NCBI GenBank assembly: GCA_051294375.1
Contig: CM119269.1
Coordinates: 13,300,790-13,364,789 of the forward strand
Length of the DNA: 64,000 bases
Direction of reading: 5' to 3'
DNA from: Paraspadella gotoi
Taxonomy: Eukaryota; Animalia; Chaetognatha
A model generated the notes under the pieces. It did not search any database. It had not been told where the DNA came from and worked only from the letters and a program-made list of their open reading frames with translations. Every line of letters begins with the position of its first letter. Positions within the stretch are counted from its first letter, which is position 1. The position numbers and the translations under genes are program-made. This document shows positions 11,157 through 23,133 of the stretch, piece after piece.

Positions 11157-12509
11157 ATGTGTGGAACGATCGAAACCCTCGACGAGAAAGGCGCCAAAAG
11201 CGTCTGGATCAATGGAATCCTCCAGATAGTCATCGGCGGCGTCTCCATCATCTTTCAAGCCGCCGCCGTCGCTCTGGCGAACAATGCGCTCCGCTCATAC
11301 GCCCCTTATATTCTCATCGGATCCGGAATTTGGGCCGGAATCTTCTTTGTCATCGCCGGCATAATTACTCTCTTGGCAGGCGTCAGGCGCAACATCTTTG
11401 GCCTGATCGTGGCAGCCCTCACGTTTCAAATCTTAAACGCCATCTTCGCGCTGACCCATTTCTTTTACGTGGTTCTGGCGCTCGCCGCTGGCCGGTTCTA
11501 TTGGCATTGCTACAGTTGGTGGTGGGGCGGTATGTCAAGAATGCCGCCAGATTGTGCCGATTGGCAATACCCCGTCCTCGTCGTCGTCCACGTCGTTCTC
11601 ATGGTAACGGCCTTTGCGGAATTGATCTCCATCGTCTGGAGTCTGATTCTTCTCAGTGGCGCCGTTCACAAACGTCGTCTGCTCGGGAGATCGAAACCCG
11701 ACGATGTCGACCCACGACCGCCCACTGTCAGACACGTCAATTTCCACGCCACAACCGGAAGCGTCAAGGCCAACGCCGTCGTTCAGTTGACGGTGACGAT
11801 TGTCTCTATGATCGTCGGCGTCGTCATCCTCTTCGTCGTCGCTTACGGCGTCGGAAGCGGCAAAGGCGATCGTCGCCCAAATATGCTGCAGAACTCAGGC
11901 TCTACGCTGTGGTGCGGGGTCTTCTTCGTCCTCACCGCGGCGCTGGGATTGAAGGCTGCCCGGTTCGGTCAGAACGTCCACTTGATCCTTTTTCTTTGCC
12001 TCAGCGTCCTCGGACTGATTTTGGCGCCTTTGGAGATCTTTGGGACATCCATGACCATCGCCGATAAGGATTACGGCATGCTTATCAAAAATCGAGAATG
12101 CGATCCTGATAACGATTGCCATTACGTCTTGGCCCACAACTCGGACCAGTTCGTCGTCCCTTTAATTGTCCTCAATGTCTTCATCATTCTGTTGGCATTG
12201 GCTCAGTTCGCCTTCAGCATTTGGGGCATCGTTTCCGCATCGATCGCGCTGCATCGCGACGGCGTCTGCGCTCGCTGCTGCAGCGAGGCCAACTGCTTTT
12301 GCGAAGACTGCTGCGGGTCCGCTACCTGCAACGGCGCCGGAGGTCCGGAATCTGTCCCTGGCGCGGTCCAGTATGTGGTGGCGCAAGGGTCGGCGCCGGG
12401 AACCCTCGTCTTGGTGCCGCAAAACGTCGCCGGTTCTTTGGATCCTCGCACCGTTCAAATCGCAGTAGCCAACGCGATTCCTCCGCCTGCAGTGGAAATT
12501 CCGACTTGA
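11157..12509 (+). CDS. Intronless 8-TM protein with two tandem CD20/MS4A-like domains (copy 2, 450 aa)
   Basis: Colinear paralogue of 8901-10244 with the same TM layout, GSGIWAGIFFVIAG and SGSTLWCGVFFVLTA motifs, and tail VCARCCSEANCFCEDCC; many differences are synonymous, indicating coding constraint. Confidence 0.88.
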   Translation: MCGTIETLDEKGAKSVWINGILQIVIGGVSIIFQAAAVALANNALRSYAPYILIGSGIWAGIFFVIAGIITLLAGVRRNIFGLIVAALTFQILNAIFALTHFFYVVLALAAGRFYWHCYSWWWGGMSRMPPDCADWQYPVLVVVHVVLMVTAFAELISIVWSLILLSGAVHKRRLLGRSKPDDVDPRPPTVRHVNFHATTGSVKANAVVQLTVTIVSMIVGVVILFVVAYGVGSGKGDRRPNMLQNSGSTLWCGVFFVLTAALGLKAARFGQNVHLILFLCLSVLGLILAPLEIFGTSMTIADKDYGMLIKNRECDPDNDCHYVLAHNSDQFVVPLIVLNVFIILLALAQFAFSIWGIVSASIALHRDGVCARCCSEANCFCEDCCGSATCNGAGGPESVPGAVQYVVAQGSAPGTLVLVPQNVAGSLDPRTVQIAVANAIPPPAVEIPT

Positions 12510-13722
12510 TTCAACGCGGATTCATTCTGCACAAATTTGAGTGCCTTTCGTTGCTTCGAAGAAATCATTTCGCTTCGGTGGATTGACTAAAATCTATATA
12601 GCGGTTGATGTTCTTGGTTCAAGTTCCTTTAACTTTTTGCTTGGCCTATTGAGATATAATGCTGTCTTGTGTTGTTCACTAATGTAGCTTTAGAAATACT
12701 ATATACCACGATCTGTATTCATAGATTTAGTTTCACTAATTGTTGCGAATTTCGTGCAAAGGATTTATTTAGGATAAATGTTGTAGGAATTTGACCATTT
12801 TTGCCACGGAATTATTTTGTATCATAGATTATTTCAAAATCTGACTAGAAAGTTTTTATATAATATTAAAAGGCGCAGTTTAAAAAAAATCTTGGGCTGT
12901 TCCTATTGTCTCAATCGTTAATATAGTGATATTTTATGATATATACTATCCTTCACTGCTTTGAACAAAAAAAAAGACATTTTTTTGACGTATTTTTTTT
13001 CACCGCTTTTGCTAAAACGGTTACCATGTACTTTTCATATTTAGTTTGATTTTGAACGTTTTATCTGTTTAAAAATATTACCTGGAATTAAAGCATAAAA
13101 ATGTAAAATTCACTAATTTTTTGGCTAGTTACTTTTCCAGATAGGTACTTAGGCAAGAAGCTATGTTCACATATTCCGAAACATTTTAGCTGTCTCATTA
13201 ATTTGATATTATTCTGAAAATATATTCCTTGACGATTGATAAATTTGAAAAATGTCTATCTTTATTTTTATATTTTTGTGTGTTTAATATTTTACTTGGT
13301 TGGTTTTAGTTTTCTGCGAAATTAGCTCATAAATGAATTTAAATTTTTTGAAATAACTACTTATAACGTAGTACGTAGGAGCAAGAGCATGGGAATTTTT
13401 TTTTTTCACATTTTCGTATAATCATTATAATAATGTAAGAAATAAACTAAGGTTTCGTCACAACTTTAGGCGATACACAAAGCGTCAGCGGCATGAGCGG
13501 CATCAGCAGCGTCAGCGGATTGTCGCGCCTCGGCGCAGTAGGCGGCGCCGCAGCCAGGCAAAGCATCACTTCCATTCGCTCGTCGATGAAGTCTGAGGTT
13601 CGATTCCTCAACAATAATAGAAATGAGTTATTCGATCGTAGCTAAAGTAGTAAATCCACTAAAGCGTGTACGGGAAAATTGTATTGTCACAATAATGATG
13701 ATGATCATTAACAAAAAGGCTA

Positions 13723-13841
<119 letters not shown>

Positions 13842-13985
13842 AGTAACCGCAATGAACACCGAGTACTGAACCTGTGGTTATAAAACCCTAGTATCCGCGA
13901 GAGAACATGCATTACATATATACAATATTTAAAATGGTTAAATTAAACAAAATTGTCTCCAGACTGGAGGATTCGGCTCATCGGG

Positions 13986-14138
13986 TTATTCCTCTCGCGC
14001 CGCCTCAGTCTTCGATTCATCCTCGACGACAAGGTCACCGGGTTCGAGTCGAGCGCGGTCCGTGACTCTCACGAGAGACTGAGAGTCGATCACGGGTAAA
14101 TTGGTGATTGCTATGTCGTGAACGATGTCACCGAGGAT
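13986..14138 (-). CDS. Candidate terminal exon of an unidentified gene
   Basis: Strong acceptor TTTTTTATTTACAG|, then a GC-rich open phase-0 frame ILGDIVHDIAITNLPVIDSQSLVRVTDRARLEPGDLVVEDESKTEAAREE*; the other two frames stop early. No family recognised. Confidence 0.3.
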   Translation of the reverse strand: MLGDIVHDIAITNLPVIDSQSLVRVTDRARLEPGDLVVEDESKTEAAREE

Positions 14139-15357
14139 CTGTAAATAAAAAAAAAATAAATCAGATAATCAATCGATCAATCAGTATGTCAGGCAGTCGA
14201 CCAATAAATCGACTAATCTAATCATTCTACCAATCAATCAGATCATTTTTCAATCTATCAAATGAATATAATGAATCTAATCAATCTAATAAGCAATTTG
14301 AATTACCAACAAATCAATCAATCAATCGATTTCTCGTCCCATCAAAGGTGATCGCCCTATCGTCGACCGCCCCCGAAGCTTCAAGTTTCTCTTTGCGCGC
14401 GCGCGTCGCGGCGAATTTGCGACGAATTTACGACGAATTTACGACGATCTGTCCACTCGATATTCCAAGCTTTGCAAACAGGTTTCATTTATGACCCGTC
14501 CCCCTCCGCCCAAAGCCCAAGCCATCGCTTCTCCTTCTTTCGATCTTAAAGTTTCATCTTGAGACTCCATTTTTTTTTTATAGAAAACTTTTTTTCTGTA
14601 TTTGATAGTACTAGTTTAATGCATACATACGTTTAATTTTTTTAAAAAAATTCTTCGTTTCGTCTTGATTTTTTATTTTAACTAGACTTTTCGATTTGTG
14701 TTTATTAACAAGTGTTAAAAAAATAACGATAGAAAAATATAATTGCATGATTTTTGTAAAAAAGATTTTAATTCATTTGTTCCTAAATTTGTTCCTAAAA
14801 TTAGGATAGAGAATATTATACCATTGATCGAAAAGTTAGTTATGGTTTACTGAAGTTTACATGACATTTAAGAACATTTTCTCAGAGCATCGACAAAAGA
14901 GCATCGCCCGGAGAGAAGGTTCTGTTTGCTTTCTCTTGTTTGAAATCCACCGCAATTAAAAAAGGGATTAGATACAAAGTCACTGAGCGGTGAGCAAATG
15001 TTTACCCTCTCTCAACTATGAAAGTTCACGACGTTTTGAACAAGAGAAGAGTAAAAGAAAAAGAAAAGAAAAAGAAAAGAAAAAGAAAAGAAAAAGAGAA
15101 TTGCGGGAACATGATCGGTTTGGGGGCGTTCCAAGAAAATACTAAATTATTACGTGTTTGTTTATTATTATGTATATACGTTAAACCCTGTGATTTAATC
15201 CGAACAATTTGCAAAATATATGAAACGAGTAAGACAAGGAATGTGCAAATTCGTTTCTCGCTTTCTCAATACAGATCAAGAGTCTTAAGAAGATTACGAT
15301 TTGTGGATAAAACGTGCGGTAGAATGAGAGAGGTGACATTTAGATAAATATGTGAAA

Positions 15358-15636
15358 AAACTATTTTGATTACATTTATCAAACTATTTTGATCACATTT
15401 ATCAAACTATTTTGATCACATTTATCAAACTATTTGATTACATTTATCAAACTATTTTGATTACATTTATCAAACTATTTTTATAACATTTATCAAACTA
15501 TTTTCATTACATTTATCAAACTATTTTGATTACATTTATCAAACCATTTTTATCACATTAATCAAACTATTTTGATCACATTTATCAAACTATTTTTTCA
15601 CATTTATCAAACTATTTTGATCACATTTATCAAACT
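15358..15636. repeat. Minisatellite, 23-bp unit x~12
   Basis: AAACTATTTTGAT(C/T)ACATTTATC repeated head-to-tail without spacers. Confidence 0.95.
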
Positions 15637-16394
15637 GAAAATCTAAAACCAAAAATCCTCATTTTGATTTGTCATGAATTTTTATGAAAATGCACGTAGT
15701 TTGGAGTTTGAATCCGTTTAAAGTTGAATCAAGATTGTACTTCTTTGACCCCCTTTGACGTCTTGATGAATTATAATCTTATTCTGACATCCACCTTCGT
15801 ATATCTTTCCCTATTTTCCAAACCTCCCGCCTTTCAGTTTCATTTCCTGCTTATCCGTCATCATTAAATCCAACTGATCCAATGTTTTTTTTTTCTCTCA
15901 AAATCTTAAGTCTTAATCTTTTTTTAATTTTTGTATTCCTCCCTGCCTTCTATTCAATTTCGTAATTAATAAAAATTAACATTATAAAGAATTTAATTGT
16001 ATTATTTCACGCCAAGAAACCTACCAAAATGGTCATGACCGCCGGGGCATTTTCTTGGCAACTTCTCTCGCTCAGCCGATGACCCCGCTGGACCTTTGCG
16101 CGTTAAGTTCATTAAGAAAAAAGACGTTTGATTATTATATTAAGATTGTTCCAAAAAAAAAAAAAAAAAAATTCATTGTGGAAAAAAATACATCAAGTAA
16201 GAAAATCTAAAAGAAAAAAATCGTCACCAATTAGATCCCGAGTAATTTGATCCAACCGTTTTTTCTGTCGTTGATAAAATGTCAACACGAATTGTGAAAC
16301 GTTTTTCACGACGGTGAACGTTTTTACTCGATTAGCCTCTCACGAAAATTACCGGTGAGATTTGCAATTCAAGGATTAAAAAACAAGTTTGAAC

Positions 16395-16530
16395 AAAAAA
16401 TGTCGGATCTGCCTATGATAATTAATTAATTAATTAATAGATCAATTAATTAATTAATTTTAATAATTAATTATAATTTATATTCAGACTTCTATTTTAT
16501 TTTATGTCTCTCTTCTCTTCTCTCTCATCA

Positions 16531-16588
<58 letters not shown>

Positions 16589-19558
16589 ATTGCAATTGCG
16601 ACGATCCTTATGCTTTTAAGATTTTTTTAACTTTCATCATTTTTTCAACTTGCGTAATTTTTTCAACTTGCATTCCGTCAAAACTTTATATCTAGCTTCT
16701 TCACTCACTTTCCTACCGGCTCACAAAATTTCATCTCAATCTATCATGGGTTAAAATAAATAAAAAGTTCAAGTAAATGTGACTCATATTTTTTTCATTT
16801 AAACTCATTTCCACTGTACGTTTCCACCGAAACTTTATAATCAAGCTTCGTCACACATTTTCCTACCCACTCACTAAATTTCAACTCAATCTATCCATCC
16901 AATTATGATTAATTAGAGTATTTATTGGTTAAAATAAGTAAAAAGATTTTAGTAAATGTGACTTATGAAATTGGTACAACCAATATAAAAATTATCCATT
17001 CATTTAATAAATAAGCTATCTTGCCCCTGACTTTGGACAGGCTTTGGTGGTTTAAGGCCTCCATCACTCTTACAAGATAATGACATAGCAGGTCACTGCA
17101 AGCTTTCAATCAAGACTCTCTCACAGTCTCGTTTATTCACTCCCAGAGTACCTGGCTTCCCTATCAATGAAGTGGTATAATATTTCAAAGAATGTTTCAA
17201 TTGTATGAAAAGACCACTCCTTAAGTATTAGATCGGGGAATACTTATTGTACTCCGCACTAGCATCAAAATACAAGGAGCTGAATTTTATGAAATTGGTA
17301 CAACCAATAGAAAAATGTTTTTTTCCATTTAAACTAATTTTCACTCACAAGATTCCATCGAAACTTTATATCCAGCTTTATCACACACTTTCCGACCCAC
17401 ACACAAAATTTAATTCCAATCCAACCAGCCAATCACGAGTTATTGGAGCTTTTTGCTAAGGTGGGACGGATGGACGGATTGATTGACTAATTAATTAATT
17501 ATTGATTAATTTATTACTAATTGATTAATTAACTGATTAATTATTTGATTTATTAATACATCCTGCATATACATTTAATAGGTTTCGCATACAATCAGTG
17601 GTTCTTTAGACAACGAAATCTGAACTTCAATAAATCTACATAGTCTTTGATCTCATTAGTTATGTACGAGCTTTATTTCATTATAAAAAAACGGTCGTTC
17701 TCAAGTTATTTCTCTCTTCTTATCACTTAGAAATTCCCAGGTAAATTTCTACTGATGTTAAATAAAATACTGTGTAAAGACATTGATTTTCTTCAATGAT
17801 GTCAAGCTAATCTCATTTACTGCTTAATTTTAGGATAATAATGTATGATTGGAATTTTTATGTTAAAAGATAATTTTTAAAGAGTCGATCGTTTATAAGA
17901 AATCCTCATGTCTTTTACTATACACAAAAGATATTTTAAGTAAGACGCCACATTATCTGATACAATTTTTTTTCCTTCATACCGCTTTCCTGATTATTTC
18001 TTCACCTCTTTTTCTCTCTTACTTTATATTTTTCTTTCCCCTTTCCTCCCTTACTTCTCACCGCTTGTCTCTTACCATTTTTTTTGCCCCTACCTTTTTC
18101 TGCCATCATGCACTTTCCTCACTTTTTATCTTCATCTTTTCATTCTTTCCCTTTCTTTCCCTCTTTTCCTTTCCATTTTTCCCTCTTTTCTATTACCTTA
18201 CAATTGTTTCCACTATTTTTTCCACATTTTGCCTTCGTTTTTTTGCCTTTTCACCCTCTCTCTTTTCATTCTCTCCCTTCTCTCTTTTCCTTGTTTTTCC
18301 CTTTCCTATTCCTCTCTACTACTGTTTACATTGAGCCAAATCAAAGAAAATATTTATTTAAAATGCATTATAAGAAAGAAAATAGAACGTATGCGCATAA
18401 TTTTTTTTTCAATTTTTGGTGCCTCGCAAATTTAGTTAAATCCGATCAGATTTTTGCGGGAAAATTAATTTTTCCGCAAATCTGTTCGTTCTGAGAATTC
18501 AAAACAAGTCCTGATGCTTTCCCATTGGGTTAAAAGGATTGCCGGTTTTTTTTAAGTTATTAACGGTCAGTATTGTACCTCATTCTTTTAATAACTAATA
18601 AATGAGTTGAAAATATATCTCTTTATCAAAAATAAATGCAATGTCACAAAAACGTCACAATTAAAAGGCGTCTTTAAAATATATTCTTGGCTAAACCAAA
18701 AAAGTTTTTTTGATTAATTTTATAGATGTGAAAGCTTATTCAATAGGCTATATTTTTCTGTTAATTTCAACCAATTTGATTCATTTTTTTTAACAAATTA
18801 TTGAATTAAAGGACTGAAACTCCAACTTTTTGACTTGTTAACCTTTAAAATTAATTCATAGGCCAACTTATAATGATTTAAGCTAATAAATTTACCCAGA
18901 GGTTAACAAGAAGATAAAGTAAAGAAACGGATTTTCAAAGTAAAAAATTTTTCTCAAACTTTTCCTTGGCATTCAAATCAGAAGTCGTAACGTAAAAACT
19001 GGACAAAAATGGACATAATTTTTTTTGGCTAAAAGTTGCCAAAATGGTACTATTTTATTCATTAGAAACGGTTTTTTGGAAGATATGTTCTCACCAATCC
19101 TCTCGTTCGGTCCTTAAGTTTGGGTTGTCGTACAAAAGTAATCAACATTGTTAAGTATAACAACTGAACAATAGTGGTTAATGAGGTCGTTTTTTTTCCT
19201 AAATGCCAACGTTTGTACGCCGAACCAATATAAAAGGAAAAAGAAGCATAATCAATTAGTAAAACAGGTTTTTTTGTTTTTTTCCATTCAACTCATTTCC
19301 ACTCAAACTATTCCATCGAAACTTAATATCCAGCTCAATTCACACACTTACCTATCCACACACAAAATTTCATTCAAATCCATCCATCCAATCATGAGTA
19401 ATTGGACGGACATCATTTTTTTTGCATAATTTATCATAATTTTGATGTTCTGACATGATATAAGTTAGTGCCCGACAATATTGAGGGGGCGGACCGACGG
19501 ACCGACAAAGTGAGTTATAGAGTCGGGATCTGCTGATAAGCAGATCCGACTAAAAAAA
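16395..19558. mobile_element. Non-autonomous Helentron/HINE-like element with nested insertions (family C)
   Basis: Subterminal inverted repeats GTCGGATCTGC (16402-16412)/GCAGATCCGAC (19540-19550), terminal hairpin AGTCGGGATCTGCT-GATA-AGCAGATCCGACT (19521-19551) followed by an A-run, internal ~150-bp subrepeats (CATCGAAACTTTATATCCAGC...ACAAAATTTCA) and GGACGGA motifs. Inverted relative at 26190-27150. Confidence 0.55.
16963..17309 (+). repeat. Family B full unit: 324-bp monomer bounded by a 23-bp direct repeat
   Basis: TTATGAAATTGGTACAACCAATA at 16963-16985 and 17287-17309; body matches 4284-4534, 140-407 and (inverted) 43090-43285. Confidence 0.85.
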
Positions 19559-19793
19559 CAACCGTAAGTGAGAATTTAGACAAATGGTTTTTAGGTATTC
19601 GAATTTTGGATTCGTCCATCGTCACTTTCGTTCTCAATTTGAAATCGAGTTTCGTAAAGTTTTGAAAAGTGAGGTCATTTTGAAAAAAAATATTCTTCAT
19701 GGGGCAAAACACTTTGTACAAAAGCAGCTCTGAATTTTTTTTATGATTAAATAATTAAATTTGTAAATACAAGCTGCATTAATTATTCGATTA

Positions 19794-19827
<34 letters not shown>

Positions 19828-21037
19828 CAATTAATCTATCAAATAATAAATTATTGAATCAATTAATTTATCAATAAATTACTTTATCAATCGAAGAATC
19901 AATTAATTAAATAATCAATCAATCATTCAATTAATCATCGTCAGTGTTATCGTCCTCGTCATCGTCGTCGCCATCATCGTCGTCATTGCTTTTGTCATTG
20001 TCAAAAACTACAGCCACCACAACCACTACAACCACTACAACTACCATAAACACCACAACCAACTAAAACCACCACAACCACTACAACCACCACTACCACC
20101 ACAGGCACCACAACTACCATAAAAAGCATAACGATTTGCATTATTACCGGAATTAAAACAGCTACCACATGAAAAAAAAACTACAAATTATGAATATTGT
20201 TGGTAAATTATATTAAATAAAAAAGAAATTGCATAATTAATCATAATTTATCCTCTGCTCTGGTTCGTTGCTTAGCGTCAAATGCCCGCGTTCAGATCCG
20301 GCGTTGTTTGCTCAAACGTGTTCAAGAGAGGAGGAGCTAATTATAGGCATTGGATACCCATCATTATCTTGCCAATAATCCAAATGACATAAAAGAAGTC
20401 TTGGAAAAACAGTCTGCCTGCTAGAATTGTTTGAATAAAGGCTGGAATATCACTCTCCCTAGCACCAAAAAGTTTATAGACTTAGTAGTGGGCACAAAAG
20501 TATCTGTACCAGGGACTTAAAAACTTAATACTAAATTATACATCGAACTCGCTTTTTAACAAATAGGATTCGCCGACAATTTGACGATTACAGCATCTTT
20601 TCATAGTCTATCTTAACTCTGTAACGCAAAGCGGTGGTTACTTTCGTATTATCTGATTTGGCCCACGCGGTACGTTCGTTGATTCAAACTTTAAACCGAT
20701 GTAAAAATAGTTAATTTCAAAATTGTCTCTCATGAAAGTTCACGTACTATATACGTAATCGTCGTAGTTTTTTCCCTTCATTTTTTTTCCTGTTTTTTCT
20801 TGTTCATTCGCGGACGTGCCACCAAGTTCCGTCTACCGCATGACCCACAGATCTATTTAGTTTCGAAGCAGGCCTCGACCGCGCTACCCACGGATCTGCG
20901 GACCACATGACCACAAGCCAGGTCATTTGAGTCTTACGTGTTTTTACGAGTGACTTATATAAAAAAAATTAACTCTCTAAAATAGATCTTAATTTCGAAT
21001 TAATCTTAATTACATCCTTTCTTCTCTACTCTCTCTC

Positions 21038-21068
<31 letters not shown>

Positions 21069-21069
21069 G

Positions 21070-21122
<53 letters not shown>

Positions 21123-21235
21123 TCTCTCCTCTCTCTCTCTCTCTCTCTCTCATCTATCTATCTATCTCTGTAGCTTTTAGCGGCACAATGTAGCCTAAAG
21201 CCTGTTTCTTTAAAAAAATTCTCTCTCTCTCCCTC

Positions 21236-21332
<97 letters not shown>

Positions 21333-21749
21333 ACCCCACCCCCCTCTCTTTTCTCAAACTCCCATCGACTGCTATCTTGCTTCAGCTCTCCCGATTTTTC
21401 ATTCCTCAATTCCTGTTTCCGTCCGAAAAGAGAAAATCCAAATTCCAAAATTCGCGACTCAAAAACTTGACTTCGAGAAAGATTGGGAAAGAGGCGACAG
21501 ACCCGGTTTTGTTTTTTTTCAATTGATCTATTGACAATTTTTAACGAATCAACGAGGACGACGACGACGACGACGACGATGATGAGGAAAGTCAAATTAC
21601 GACGAAGAAGAGGATTAGGGCGACGACGACGACGACAACGACCAACAAGTAAACTTGAATGACATCAACGACCAAAATAAACTAAAACAAGAGTAAACAA
21701 AATGAATCTTTCTATTTTCCTTTTTTTCCCAGTCCTCCGAGTCTCCATC

Positions 21750-21761
21750 CAAAATGGCGGC
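21750..21761 (+). promoter_or_regulatory. YY1-type motif upstream of the carbonic anhydrase start codon
   Basis: CAAAATGGCGGC matches the YY1 consensus CAANATGGCGGC, ~340 bp before the ATG at 22090. Confidence 0.4.
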
Positions 21762-22089
21762 CGGCTTTCCCCTTTTAATTCTTTTTACAATCGTTACTAT
21801 TAACATTGAAGACAAAATGGGGTAATATGAAGGACGACCACGGCGACGAACAACCTTGACGACGACGACGACGACGACAACGACGACGACGACAGGCTCT
21901 CTCTTCTCTCTCCTCCGAAGGCACCGGTTTTCTACGAGATAAATCCATTCTAAGTTGACACGAGGATCTAGACGAACTCATACTCGAGACTTAATAAAAA
22001 TCCAAGACAAGTTATAACAATTAAAAAAAAATTATTGTTTTTCTTTACGATTTAAAAAAAAAACCACGTCGTAAAAAAAAAAAACCCAA

Positions 22090-23094
22090 ATGAAATCCTC
22101 AACGGGTTTGGCGACGGCGTTTGCGATTGCGACCGTGGGGATCTTCATTGGCATCTGCGATGGATCTTGGAAGTGAGTTCGTTCACGATGACCTCACCCT
22201 TCTTTAAGGGGAGAATGGTGTGAGGGGAGGAGGAGGAGGAGGAGGAGGAGGATTTTTGTTTTCTTCTGGATTAGAGAAAAGGATTTTTTTTTCTTTTCTT
22301 TTTTTTCCCTTTTTTTTGTTTTGAGAAAGTAGAGCTAAACTTTTTTATGGCTTTAAACAGTGTGGAGTGTGTAGTGTGGGAGAAGGAATTTATTTTGGCA
22401 AGTGACGTGGTTTAGGTTGGAATCGTTTTTATTCTTTATTCGCTATACCAAAAATGATGAAAATGTTAATTATTTTACTTTTTTATTTGTTTAGAAATTA
22501 GAAATATTTTGAAGGACGTAGAAATTTTAAATCTCGATATTGAATAAAAAACAAAGCAAAATCCCTAAAGTTTTCATCATTTTATTTATGAGTAACAAAG
22601 ACCAAAAACATTTCAAATTGAAAAAAAAATTAAGTCATTCCTAATTTTCTTCAACTAACAAAAACCAAAAAAAAAGAAAAATATTTTCTGAGAAAAAGGA
22701 AATCGGGAAGAAAAATGAAAAAAGAAAATTGAAGGTGGGGAGAAGGGAAAACACACGTGGTCAAGTAAAGTAAAGTAAAAATAAAGTAAAATAAAGTAAG
22801 GTAAGTAAAGTAAAGTTAAATAAAGAAAAATAAAGTAAAGTAAGTAAAGTAAAATAAAGTAAAGTAAGTAAAGTAAGTAAAGTAAAATAAAGTAAAGTAA
22901 GTAATGTAAGTAAAGTAAGTAAAGTAAGTAAAGTAAAGTAAAGTAAAGTAAAGTAAAGTAAAGTAATGTAAAGTAAAGTAAAGTAAAGTAAAGTAAAGTA
23001 AGGTAAATAAATAAAAAAAAATAAATAAATAAATAATTAAATTAATAAATAAATAAATAATAATAAATAATAATAAATAGTAAATAAAGTAAAA

Positions 23095-23133
<39 letters not shown>

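Noticed and set aside
9869-12586. Alternate-frame and antisense ORFs over the MS4A-like genes (e.g. 11108-12067, 9869-10189, 12116-12586)
   Set aside because: Shadows of GC-rich codon usage; the substitution pattern between paralogues supports only the main frame.
13470-13597. GC-rich block reading DTQSVSGMSGISSVSGLSRLGAVGG as a possible exon or alternative myosin tailpiece
   Set aside because: Its core GCGTCAGCGGC..CAGCAGCGTCAGC recurs inverted at ~32245-32270, suggesting a repeat motif; weak donor and no phase-compatible partner exon found.
14030-14060. GGTTCGAGTC B-box-like motif suggesting a tRNA (also 37399-37436)
   Set aside because: No cloverleaf or acceptor stem can be formed; the 37400 case belongs to repeat family A.
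15358-15636. Regular short repeats resembling a CRISPR array (also 3400-3846, 62925-63530)
   Set aside because: Head-to-tail units without unique spacers, eukaryotic context, no cas genes.
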